From the NCBI GenBank assembly GCA_043807015.1, contig JAZDGJ010000047.1, positions 1-61,908 of the forward strand: a DNA stretch of 61,908 nucleotides, read 5' to 3'. This document shows positions 1-7,917 of this stretch, one piece after another (within the stretch, counting starts at the first letter, position 1; the number at the start of each line of letters is the position of its first letter). Position numbers and translations under genes: made by a program. Origin of the DNA: Candidatus Woesearchaeota archaeon (GTDB lineage: Archaea; Nanobdellota; Nanobdellia; Woesearchaeales; UBA10216). The notes under the pieces are model-generated. The model saw only the letters and a program-made list of their open reading frames with translations. It did not search any database and had not been told where the DNA came from.

Positions 1-167
1 CTAGCGATAATTTCCCCGGCAACATCGTGTACGGGCAGAACATTGAGAACCAGAGATACGGGTATGCAAACACATCAAGGTACGACTTCCAGCTCCTTGT
101 GCCTGAAAGAGGCGAGGCGAGCTGGACAGGCGCAACAGCGTATTACTTTTACGTAGAGCTGGCATGA
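1..167 (+). CDS. 3' fragment of a family-A secreted protein, truncated by the window edge (paralog of 1839..2573 and 19258..20010)
   Basis: The frame from nt 3 reads ...GNIVYGQNIENQRYGYANTSRYDFQLLVPERGEASWTGATAYYFYVELA*. This is collinear with the C-termini ...YGYNNQTYDFQMILPERGIDGWSSSTAYYFYMELS* and ...MDFQMIVPENMAEGTSNYFFFVELS*. It is too short to appear in the ORF track. Confidence 0.7.
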   Translation, partial: SDNFPGNIVYGQNIENQRYGYANTSRYDFQLLVPERGEASWTGATAYYFYVELA

Positions 168-170
168 AAC

Positions 171-1187
171 ATGGAACAAAAACAGAATATTGGAAATGAA
201 AACGCGGCAAACCAGATCATAATATGCGCCGCGCTTATAACTGCAATAGTGCTGGCTGGAATCTTTGTTGATTCTTATTATGCAACAGGCGCAACAAGCT
301 GGAATGTCACCACAAGGCTTAATGTCACAAACACAGAGCCAAACATGAATAACGTCATACTTGATGACCTTACATCAGACCCCTCAGACATAATAAATCT
401 CAATGCCGGTGCCTTTACAGAGGTACTCTGCAATGGCTCTGCCTATGACCCAAACGGGCAGAATGACATGATAAACGCAACAGCGACAATTTATGAAGAC
501 ACAATCGGGCGCTTTGGAGCAACTTCAAAATTCAACCGCTACGACAATACAACCTGCCTTGAATATTACAATGTCCCTGGGACAACCATGAACAGGTCAT
601 TTATCTGCAGGTTCCTGGTTGACTACTGGGCTTTCAACAGCACATGGGAATGCAACATTACCATAAGGGACCACGGCGGAACACAGCTCCCTTCATCAGG
701 CATAACTTCTGTCAATACCAGTGGAACAGACGAGGCAGTCATATACCAGCTAACAGCAATAAACGTCAGCACACAAATTCTTGACTTTGGAAACCTGAGC
801 GTGACTGACACTTCAGTAATGAAAGGGCTTAATATAACAAATGTCGGCAACGTCAGGACCAATTTCACAGTCTACGGTTACGGCGGAAATGACAGTGAAG
901 TTCTCGGCGCTAATCTGAGCTGCATGCTGTGCACTTTCAATAACATTACCGCGAGCCAGATGAGATTTTCAAATTCGTCAAGCGCAGCATGGGATGTGAT
1001 GGTGCCGCTGAACAGCACGCTGCAGATGCTTAACAACGTCACGCTTTTGAACAGGACAGACGAAAACACTCCACTTACGCTTGGCACCACTTCCAACACA
1101 ACATACTGGAGAATAAAAGTGCCTTTGAGCGTTGGCGGATTGTGCAACGGAACACTTGAGTTTTCCGCGACAACGCAGGCATCGTAA
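171..1187 (+). CDS. Sequon-rich secreted or anchored surface protein (family-B two-domain module)
   Basis: N-terminal hydrophobic anchor IIICAALITAIVLAGIFV. I count about 22 N-X-S/T sequons in 338 aa. The C-terminus TYWRIKVPLSVGGLCNGTLEF matches TYWRLRVPLGIFGLCNGTITF at the end of 10607..13393. The gene starts 4 nt after the preceding stop. Confidence 0.75.
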   Translation: MEQKQNIGNENAANQIIICAALITAIVLAGIFVDSYYATGATSWNVTTRLNVTNTEPNMNNVILDDLTSDPSDIINLNAGAFTEVLCNGSAYDPNGQNDMINATATIYEDTIGRFGATSKFNRYDNTTCLEYYNVPGTTMNRSFICRFLVDYWAFNSTWECNITIRDHGGTQLPSSGITSVNTSGTDEAVIYQLTAINVSTQILDFGNLSVTDTSVMKGLNITNVGNVRTNFTVYGYGGNDSEVLGANLSCMLCTFNNITASQMRFSNSSSAAWDVMVPLNSTLQMLNNVTLLNRTDENTPLTLGTTSNTTYWRIKVPLSVGGLCNGTLEFSATTQAS

Positions 1188-1236
1188 GCGCTTTTCTTTT
1201 GTTTTCCTTTTTTTGTTTTTTTGCGGAAAGCGCTTA
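1186..1236 (+). terminator. T-rich tract enclosed by an inverted repeat after the family-B gene
   Basis: AAGCGCTTTTC (1186-1196) and GAAAGCGCTT (1226-1235) flank an oligo-T-rich loop directly after the stop codon. Oligo-T is the usual archaeal termination signal. Confidence 0.45.
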
Positions 1237-1255
1237 CTTACCTAGCGAGTAACAG

Positions 1256-1371
1256 AAAATTGCGCTGATGCGCAATTTTGTGTGTCAGAAATGCTTATGC
1301 ATTTCTGAGCATGCTCAGAGCGCTTTGTCGCTCTGACATTCCAAAAACTCGTGCATTGTGCACGAGTTTTT
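1256..1371. repeat. Array of five consecutive perfect palindromes or hairpins
   Basis: The five units are: AAAATTGCGC-TGAT-GCGCAATTTT (1256-1279); TCAGAAATGC-TTAT-GCATTTCTGA (1285-1308); TCTGAGCATGCTCAGA (1304-1319); TCAGAGCG-CTTTGT-CGCTCTGA (1315-1336); AAAAACTCGTGCA-TTG-TGCACGAGTTTTT (1343-1371). Confidence 0.85.
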
Positions 1372-1420
1372 GATACTTACAGAGCGAGTAAGAGCAAGAG
1401 AAAAGCAAGAGAGAAAGCGA

Positions 1421-1852
1421 ATGGAAGAGTTAAAGAGAGAGGAAGAGAACTTAGCAATAGAGAACATAAACCTACCTCTGAACATTTTCTCTACAGAATT
1501 GGGCACGCTTGAGACGCTTGCAAAGTACCTTAAGGAAAATCTCGGCTTCAGCTTCAGCAGCATAGCATCGCTTCTTAACAGAGACCCAAGGACAATATGG
1601 GGCGCATATGACGGCGCAATGGAGAAGCACCCAGAGCCTTTCTTCGGGATTCCGGAAACTGCAATAGAGCTGCCTGTAGGAATGCTCCGGGACAGGCATT
1701 TTGGCATGCTTGAGAACCTTGTGTGGCACATGCATGAAAACCTCGGAATGAGATACAGCAGGATTGCCACGCTTATCAAGAGAAACGACAGGACTGTTTG
1801 GACTGCCTGGATGAGGGCTAGGAACAAGAGGACAGCATATGGCTTGCAATAA
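1421..1852 (+). CDS. Small putative DNA-binding protein with two tandem HTH-like repeats
   Basis: I place the start at the ATG at 1421, because the track start at 1358 lies inside hairpin E. Two repeats are visible: LAKYLKENLGFSFSSIASLLNRDPRTIWGAY and LVWHMHENLGMRYSRIATLIKRNDRTVWTAW. The 3' end overlaps the next gene by 14 nt. Confidence 0.6.
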   Translation: MEELKREEENLAIENINLPLNIFSTELGTLETLAKYLKENLGFSFSSIASLLNRDPRTIWGAYDGAMEKHPEPFFGIPETAIELPVGMLRDRHFGMLENLVWHMHENLGMRYSRIATLIKRNDRTVWTAWMRARNKRTAYGLQ

Positions 1853-2573
1853 AACATTCAGCTTTGCACTGATTGCAGTGTTCATAGTAGGCATAGCCTT
1901 GATGTCTGTATTTACTTCTGCAACCCCTGCAGGCGTCACAATAATACCCATAAGGAATGAAACATCAACACCCAGGGCTGCAAGCTTTGTCAACACAACA
2001 GGAGGCACCATAGCCACAGTAAACCTCAACGGCTCAACCCAGAACGTGAGGTGGAAAGCCTTTGTCGGAAATGTATCAGGCGCATTGACGCTTGATGATG
2101 CATATGGGTCAACAGTCTATGACTGGACAGCATCAGCGCCTTCTGGCGAGATATATGCTGCAAGAAGCTCTGCAACCCTGAACTGGTCTGTAATAGGCTG
2201 CGCAAACTCCACTCATTTAAGCATGGAAGACTTTGCAATGAACCACACGAACAAGGACGACAACATATCAAGGACTTTCTCAACAAAAGTGCATAACCAG
2301 TTTTATGTGGGGCTTGTGCAAATTGCCCAAAATGCATGCTACTCAATCCATACCTATGTCAATGACTCCTCCCAGAGCAGCAGGTTTGAGGAAATGGTGC
2401 TTTATGACGGCACCAACCTCACAAACGGCAACGTAGTCTTCAGCACAATACTTGAGCTGGACAAATACGGCTACAACAACCAAACCTATGATTTCCAGAT
2501 GATACTGCCTGAAAGGGGCATTGACGGCTGGTCAAGCTCAACAGCATATTACTTTTACATGGAGCTGTCATGA
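1839..2573 (+). CDS. Family-A secreted protein (~244 aa) with a conserved extreme C-terminus
   Basis: N-terminal anchor FSFALIAVFIVGIALMSVF. It shares the GEIYAA, DFQMI-PE and YYFYMELS* motifs with 19258..20010 and with the fragment at 1..167. It contains many N-X-S/T sequons. Confidence 0.75.
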   Translation: MACNKTFSFALIAVFIVGIALMSVFTSATPAGVTIIPIRNETSTPRAASFVNTTGGTIATVNLNGSTQNVRWKAFVGNVSGALTLDDAYGSTVYDWTASAPSGEIYAARSSATLNWSVIGCANSTHLSMEDFAMNHTNKDDNISRTFSTKVHNQFYVGLVQIAQNACYSIHTYVNDSSQSSRFEEMVLYDGTNLTNGNVVFSTILELDKYGYNNQTYDFQMILPERGIDGWSSSTAYYFYMELS

Positions 2574-3247
2574 AAATAATCACCAAGCTTGGAATTGCAC
2601 TGTTCATCATAGCAGGGCTTATCGCATTTTTTGCAGCCTACAAGCCAGCCATCACAGGATATGCCTCTGCAGGCACAACCCTCTATGTGCTTGGCGGGCT
2701 TTATGATTACAACTGCAACACTACAATGCAGAACGGCTGGAATCTTATTTCAATCCCCTGCGAATCCGAAAACACCACAGTGCCGTACGTACTGCAGACT
2801 ATTAATGGCAAATACGAATCAGTCCACGGCTATGACCGCAATGACTTAAATGACCCGTGGAAGAGCTACAAGCCAGGTCTTCCTGCGTGGGTTGAGCAGG
2901 ATTTGACAAACATAACCACGCTGAAAGGCTACTGGATAAACATCAACAGAACATCAAGCATCAACATCTCAGGCTATGTAAGGGTTCCAGGAGTGATACA
3001 GCTTGCGCCCGGATGGGAGCTTGTTGGATACCCTACAAATGTGACAAAAACCCCTGAATCTGCCTTTGCAGCCATCAACAGCAGCATATCGTCAGTGCAC
3101 GCATACAATGCTACAGATTATTCAGACTACTGGAAAGTTTACGTAAACACAGTCAACAGCTCATTCAATGACCTTAATTTGATTGTGCCCTACTGGGGAT
3201 ACTGGATTAATGTAACCTCCTCAGCCGTATGGGTAATAACCCAGTGA
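2570..3247 (+). CDS. Membrane-anchored secreted protein with an internally duplicated module
   Basis: ATGA overlap with the upstream gene. An N-terminal TM segment is followed by ITGYASAG. Two repeats are present: GWNLISIP...DPWKSY...GYWININ and GWELVGYP...DYWKVY...GYWINV. Confidence 0.7.
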   Translation: MKIITKLGIALFIIAGLIAFFAAYKPAITGYASAGTTLYVLGGLYDYNCNTTMQNGWNLISIPCESENTTVPYVLQTINGKYESVHGYDRNDLNDPWKSYKPGLPAWVEQDLTNITTLKGYWININRTSSINISGYVRVPGVIQLAPGWELVGYPTNVTKTPESAFAAINSSISSVHAYNATDYSDYWKVYVNTVNSSFNDLNLIVPYWGYWINVTSSAVWVITQ

Positions 3248-3252
3248 TAAAA

Positions 3253-3711
3253 ATGAACAAAACAAAAACAGCAATGATTGTGATTTTCCTTGCAATGATG
3301 AATCTTGCTACGGCAATGCCGCCGATTGCAAGCGAATATTTCGGCACTGTGACAATAAACAGCTACTTTGCAGAGCAGGGCACAAATGTTTCAATCTATG
3401 ATAATGACGGGAATTTGTGCGGCTCAGGGCTTGTAAAGCAGGAAGGGCAGTTCGGCTTCATATCATGCAACGGCGACGACATAAGCACAGCCCAAGACGA
3501 AGGCGCAAGCAAGGGCGAGGATGTCACCATTATGGTAAATGGGACCAATGCTGGCGCTGCCAGCTGGTTTGAAGGCTCAATTAACCAGCTGGAGATTGAT
3601 GTGAAACCGGCGCAAGTCAAAGCATCCCTGCCAGGAGGAATACTTCTGCTTCCCCTGATTCCGATAATGGCCATAATTGCAGCTTACTTTTACGTTAGCA
3701 GGAAAATATGA
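3253..3711 (+). CDS. Small surface protein with a C-terminal TM anchor
   Basis: Signal-like N-terminus MNKTKTAMIVIFLAMMNLATA. The domain PPIASEYFGTV..CG..FGFISCNGDD..EGASKGEDVTI parallels the N-terminus of 3708..6431 (PQPSAEFYGSV..CG..YGLLSCLGDD..EGAAEGDNITF). The C-terminus is LLLPLIPIMAIIAAYFYVSRKI. An alternative start lies at 3229. Confidence 0.7.
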   Translation: MNKTKTAMIVIFLAMMNLATAMPPIASEYFGTVTINSYFAEQGTNVSIYDNDGNLCGSGLVKQEGQFGFISCNGDDISTAQDEGASKGEDVTIMVNGTNAGAASWFEGSINQLEIDVKPAQVKASLPGGILLLPLIPIMAIIAAYFYVSRKI

Positions 3712-6431
3712 AAAAAGCAGAACAGCATGAAAAAATGAAGTTTTTCCTAGTTGCAGCAGCGATATTTTTGGCTCTTGTGCCCATTGCAGCTGCAATTCCG
3801 CAGCCATCGGCAGAATTCTACGGCTCAGTCCTTATGCACGGCGAGCCAGGAGTTGCAGCCTTAAACATTACAGCGTTTGACAGCTCACTCCAATGCGGAA
3901 ATTTCACTGTCAAAACTGCCGGCAGGTATGGGCTGCTTTCATGTCTGGGAGATGACTCAGACACAGTGCAGGTTGAAGGAGCTGCAGAAGGGGACAACAT
4001 AACCTTCAGGATAAACAGCACACCTGCCTTTGTTATCAATGGGCTGAACAACTGGAGCACCGGCAGTTTCCATTATACTGACATCCTTGGCTTGAAAAAC
4101 GATTCGCCTTACATGTATGGCTGCGAAAACGCAACCCTGCCAGAGGACAGCGCCGGCTCATCAGTCTACATAGACCTGTGGGTTTGCGCCTATGACGGGA
4201 ATGACAACATAAGCGATATGACTTTTGTTGTATCATCAGACTACAACTCCTCATTAATATCGTGCTATGTCTCCCTAAACCGCTATTTCACCTGCAATAA
4301 CCCGAGCCAGGACGCAAACGGGCTCTCTTATTCCATGGCAACAGTTACAAATTCGCTGCTGCTTAGCTGGTCTGCGAGAATTAATGTCAATGTAACTCCG
4401 GTGAATGACGCGCCGTATTTTGTCCAGAACCTCACAACGCAATACACGCAGGACGGCGCTAATTTCAGCTACAAAGTCAACTGCTCTGACATAGACGGCC
4501 CTGCAACATATTACTATGACAACACTTCGCTTTTTAACATCAGCTCAGCAGGGATGATTAACTTCTCAGCTGTGCAGGCAGACGTGGGAAACCATTCCAT
4601 AGCAATAACGTGCGGCGACGGCAGCCTTAACACAACACAGAATTTTACCCTTGCCGTTAATGATGTGAATAACCCGCCAACCCTTTACCCAATAGGGCTC
4701 CTGCAGGCTGCAGAAGACGTGCAGTTCCTCACCACTATAACTGCATATGACCCTGACAATGACACACTGATTTTCGCAGACAATACGTCGCTGTTTGAGA
4801 TAAACTCCACAACAGGAATAATAAACTTCACGCCGTCGCTTTCCCAAGTAGGCAACTACTCAATAAACATCTCGGTTACTGACGACGAGTTCACTGCTTA
4901 CGAAATCATAAACTTCACCATAAGAAGAGGGGCATTCTGCGGCGACACCTCATGTGGCGGCACAGAGGACTGCGCAAACTGCCCGGCTGACTGCGGCGCA
5001 TGCCTCCTGCCAGAGGAGCCTTCTGTTGAGCCAGGCGAGGGCGCGGGAGCCCTTCCAGGCACAAGCGCAGGATTTGGCGGTGTTGGTGCTGGAGCAGGAG
5101 CTGCAGCAAGGGCTGGAGGGGCAGGCGGCGGAGTCAGGTGCACAGCATCCTGGCAGTGCAGTGTATGGGGCGAATGCATTGACAGCTTCCAAACCAGGAC
5201 GTGCAAGGACACAAGGAAATGCGGCACAACAGCCAATAAGCCACAGGAAAAAAGGGAATGCGGCGTAGTGCAGCCTGAAACATGCTTTGATGGGATAAAA
5301 AATGGCAATGAAGAGGGAATAGACTGCGGCGGCAGCTGTGAAAAGAAGTGCAAGAGGGAATTATTTGCCGGGCTTCAGATTCCAGAGATAAAATGGCCTG
5401 AAATACATATAGGAAGGCGCCTTCCATGGCTTTTGATACTTGCTATCCTTATCATTTCGGGGCTTATGGTTGGAGGCGACCAGGTCTATGTAAAGCATAT
5501 TAGAAAGGCGCCGTTTGCAGTGCACAAGGAGAAAGCCAGGAAATACCGCAGGATAAGGCGCATGCTATACCAGACAATCTTCAATATCCTTGGGCTGACA
5601 CTGATTGCGTCAGTCTATTACTACCGCTTAAGCACCTGCCCGAGCTGCCTGATAGAAAACATCTGGATGCCGGGAATTATCGCAGTCATACTGCCAATAG
5701 CAATTGCCGCGATGATGAAAAAATTGGAATATTCTGAATACAAGAAGAATGTTGCAGAAAGAAGGCTTAAGATAACCCATGAGCTTCAGGTGAAGCAGCT
5801 GGCAAGGCTTGAGACAAAGATGCTGCTGCAGCTGGAAGAGCAGATTTTGGATGATATAAGGAAATACATGGCTGATAATCCAGAGACAGAGCTGGCTGGT
5901 TTTGGAGAGATGCTGAATGAGCTGATAAAGCTGCATGCTGACCTGCTGGTTTACAAGCCCTTGGGGCAGGAAGCTGTCAAGGCGATAGAAGAAGCAGCTG
6001 CAAATGAAAAGCTGGCAGGGCTTTCAAAGGAGCACTTCAAGATTGCCCAGCTGATTGACGACATGAAGATGCTCCTTGCAAATATCGCGCCGTCAGACGG
6101 GCTGCTTAAATCAGAAAGGCACTTTATGGCTGGAGTGGAAGACGTGGCGGCAGATGCATACATCATGAGCATACTGATGAGCGATGAAAATCTTACAAGC
6201 CTTTACAACAAGTTAGTTGATGCCTACAATGCAATAAAGAAAGTCCAGGCTGACATAAAGGAGGAGGAAAAGGAGCAGCAGAAGGAAGAGAACGCATTCC
6301 TGTCAGCACTGAAGGATTTCTTTGACAAAAAAGAGCTTGCCGAAGCCAACAAGGGCGACCGCAAGTGGGTTAAGATATTCAACCTTCTCGTAGACATAAA
6401 CGACCACTACGCAAAAAAGCTGGCGGAGTAG
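3708..6431 (+). CDS. Large modular envelope protein: cadherin-like repeats, Cys-rich modules, three TM segments and a cytoplasmic coiled coil
   Basis: ATGA overlap with the upstream gene and a signal peptide. VNDAPYF and VNDVNNPPT repeat boundaries suggest cadherin-like domains. Cys-rich modules include CGDTSCGGTEDCANCPADCGAC, a Gly/Ala linker, CTASWQCSVWGEC and DCGGSCEKKC. Hydrophobic segments are LPWLLILAILIISGLMVGG, IFNILGLTLIASVYYY and GIIAVILPIAIAAMM, followed by about 230 aa of charged heptad-like sequence. Confidence 0.8.
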   Translation: MKKAEQHEKMKFFLVAAAIFLALVPIAAAIPQPSAEFYGSVLMHGEPGVAALNITAFDSSLQCGNFTVKTAGRYGLLSCLGDDSDTVQVEGAAEGDNITFRINSTPAFVINGLNNWSTGSFHYTDILGLKNDSPYMYGCENATLPEDSAGSSVYIDLWVCAYDGNDNISDMTFVVSSDYNSSLISCYVSLNRYFTCNNPSQDANGLSYSMATVTNSLLLSWSARINVNVTPVNDAPYFVQNLTTQYTQDGANFSYKVNCSDIDGPATYYYDNTSLFNISSAGMINFSAVQADVGNHSIAITCGDGSLNTTQNFTLAVNDVNNPPTLYPIGLLQAAEDVQFLTTITAYDPDNDTLIFADNTSLFEINSTTGIINFTPSLSQVGNYSINISVTDDEFTAYEIINFTIRRGAFCGDTSCGGTEDCANCPADCGACLLPEEPSVEPGEGAGALPGTSAGFGGVGAGAGAAARAGGAGGGVRCTASWQCSVWGECIDSFQTRTCKDTRKCGTTANKPQEKRECGVVQPETCFDGIKNGNEEGIDCGGSCEKKCKRELFAGLQIPEIKWPEIHIGRRLPWLLILAILIISGLMVGGDQVYVKHIRKAPFAVHKEKARKYRRIRRMLYQTIFNILGLTLIASVYYYRLSTCPSCLIENIWMPGIIAVILPIAIAAMMKKLEYSEYKKNVAERRLKITHELQVKQLARLETKMLLQLEEQILDDIRKYMADNPETELAGFGEMLNELIKLHADLLVYKPLGQEAVKAIEEAAANEKLAGLSKEHFKIAQLIDDMKMLLANIAPSDGLLKSERHFMAGVEDVAADAYIMSILMSDENLTSLYNKLVDAYNAIKKVQADIKEEEKEQQKEENAFLSALKDFFDKKELAEANKGDRKWVKIFNLLVDINDHYAKKLAE

Positions 6432-6527
6432 GGTGTTCGGCTATGCATGGAAAGGGGGCAGATTTTTTATTCATTTCGCCAATCGTAAGGATTAATTCTA
6501 TTAAAAACAAAAGCAAAAAGTTTATAA

Positions 6528-6552
6528 AATAGTTCCTATTATAGGAACTATT
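6528..6552. promoter_or_regulatory. Perfect 10-5-10 palindrome abutting the MNT start codon (probable operator)
   Basis: AATAGTTCCT-ATTAT-AGGAACTATT ends 1 nt before the ATG at 6553 and overlaps the TATA-like TTTATAAAAT. Confidence 0.6.
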
Positions 6553-7101
6553 ATGATAAGCAAGGAAGAAAACGTGCTTGAACTGTTCTTTGAAAGTCCA
6601 ACAAGAGAATGGCATTTTGAAGAACTGCTGCGAGAGGCAGGAATCGCCAGGAGCAAAGCCGGGGCATGGCTTAAAAAGTTTGTAAAGGAAAAATTGGTCA
6701 AAAGGGTGAAAGAAAAAGGAAGGATGCCTTATTATACTGGAAATTACGAATCTCCTCCTTACCAAAACAGGAAAAAAATATTCGCATTAGAAAAGCTCTA
6801 CCAAAGCGGTCTTCTGAACCACTTAAGCGCGCTGCAAGAGGCTAAGGCAGTAATAATTTTTGGCAGCTTTTCAAGATGGGACTGGCACAAGGGCAGCGAC
6901 ATAGACCTCTTCATCTACGGCCATGAGAAGGGTCTTAAAATAGCAGAATACGAACTAAAGCTTAACAGGGAAATTCAGCCATTTATTTGCCGTGATAAAA
7001 AAGAGCTTGAAAAGCTCGGCACAGGGCTTGTCAAAAACATTATAAAAGGTATTCTTATAAAAGGGGATCTGGATTTTATAAAGGTGGGAATAAATGCCTG
7101 A
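6553..7101 (+). CDS. Minimal nucleotidyltransferase (MNT-type) with an N-terminal wHTH-like region
   Basis: IIFGSFSRWDWHKGSDIDLFIY fits the GS-Xn-DxD nucleotidyltransferase motif. It overlaps the downstream HEPN gene by 8 nt. Confidence 0.75.
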   Translation: MISKEENVLELFFESPTREWHFEELLREAGIARSKAGAWLKKFVKEKLVKRVKEKGRMPYYTGNYESPPYQNRKKIFALEKLYQSGLLNHLSALQEAKAVIIFGSFSRWDWHKGSDIDLFIYGHEKGLKIAEYELKLNREIQPFICRDKKELEKLGTGLVKNIIKGILIKGDLDFIKVGINA

Positions 7102-7555
7102 ATACCTCACAAAGGAGGAAGCTTTCAACAAATGCAAAAGAGAAGGCAAGATTCTAGCTACTGAAAAGGCTGATTTGGAGAGAATAAAAGCAAATCTCAA
7201 AATCGCGGAAGAGGATTTTGAAGCGGCAAACTCGCTCAAGAAAAAGGAATTATGGAACAGCGCTTTCAAGCTATACTATGACGTATTACACGAACTCTCA
7301 GAATCATTCCTGCAGTTTGAAAGCATAAAAACTGAAAACCACCAGTGCCTTTTTGCCTACATCTGCGAAAAGCACCCGGAACTGGAACTCAGCTGGGACT
7401 TCTTTGAAAAAATAAGGACCAAAAGGAACGGAATACACTACTATGGCACACCAATAGACTACAGCGACTTTAAGGAGACAGAACTCCAATTCCGCCTCTA
7501 TACGGCCAAACTGAAGGAAGAGATCATTAAAAGACTAAACTCCTCAAAACCTTAA
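7094..7555 (+). CDS. HEPN-domain protein (partner of the MNT)
   Basis: About 150 aa and helical. RTKRNGIHY fits the R-x(4-6)-H HEPN motif. It is operonic with the MNT gene. Confidence 0.65.
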   Translation: MPEYLTKEEAFNKCKREGKILATEKADLERIKANLKIAEEDFEAANSLKKKELWNSAFKLYYDVLHELSESFLQFESIKTENHQCLFAYICEKHPELELSWDFFEKIRTKRNGIHYYGTPIDYSDFKETELQFRLYTAKLKEEIIKRLNSSKP

Positions 7556-7743
7556 AGGTTAATCCCAGAAAGCATACAAAAAGGTTGCTTTCCAAGGCAC
7601 CACTTCTAGTATTCTGTCGTGCGCCTTCCAGCGCAACTGTAATATCCTTTCTCACTTCTCCTACCTCCATCTTATGACTTTTATCATTTTTATGATAAAA
7701 ATAACAAAAGTTATAAATAGCCGTGTTCCAATAGAAAGCCCAG

Positions 7744-7917
7744 ATGGGCAAAGGCAGCGAAAAGAGGGTGAACATAGGGCTCAACGAGGCTATTCATACC
7801 CAGGCAAAGCTCATAGCAGTCCTCACCAGGGTGAACCTTGAGGATTATCTCAAGAAGGCGATTGAGGATGCTGTAAAAAAGGACAAAAAGCTGCTTGAAG
7901 AGGTGGCGAAGAAATGA
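7744..7917 (+). CDS. 57-aa ribbon-helix-helix-like protein, translationally coupled to the 910-aa surface protein
   Basis: Not in the ORF track because it is under 60 aa. The translation is MGKGSEKRVNIGLNEAIHTQAKLIAVLTRVNLEDYLKKAIEDAVKKDKKLLEEVAKK*. The KRVNIGL beta-strand followed by helices is typical of RHH proteins. TATA-like GTTATAAATA lies upstream, and the stop overlaps the ATG at 7914 (ATGA). Confidence 0.55.
   Translation: MGKGSEKRVNIGLNEAIHTQAKLIAVLTRVNLEDYLKKAIEDAVKKDKKLLEEVAKK

Noticed and set aside
1256-1371. Hairpin array as a CRISPR array
   Set aside because: The units all differ in sequence, there is no repeat-spacer periodicity and there are no cas genes.
5030-5140. GC-rich Gly/Ala-encoding stretch as a DNA-level repeat or foreign insert
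   Set aside because: It lies in frame within the 907-aa protein and encodes a plausible flexible linker between Cys-rich modules. No tandem nucleotide periodicity is evident.
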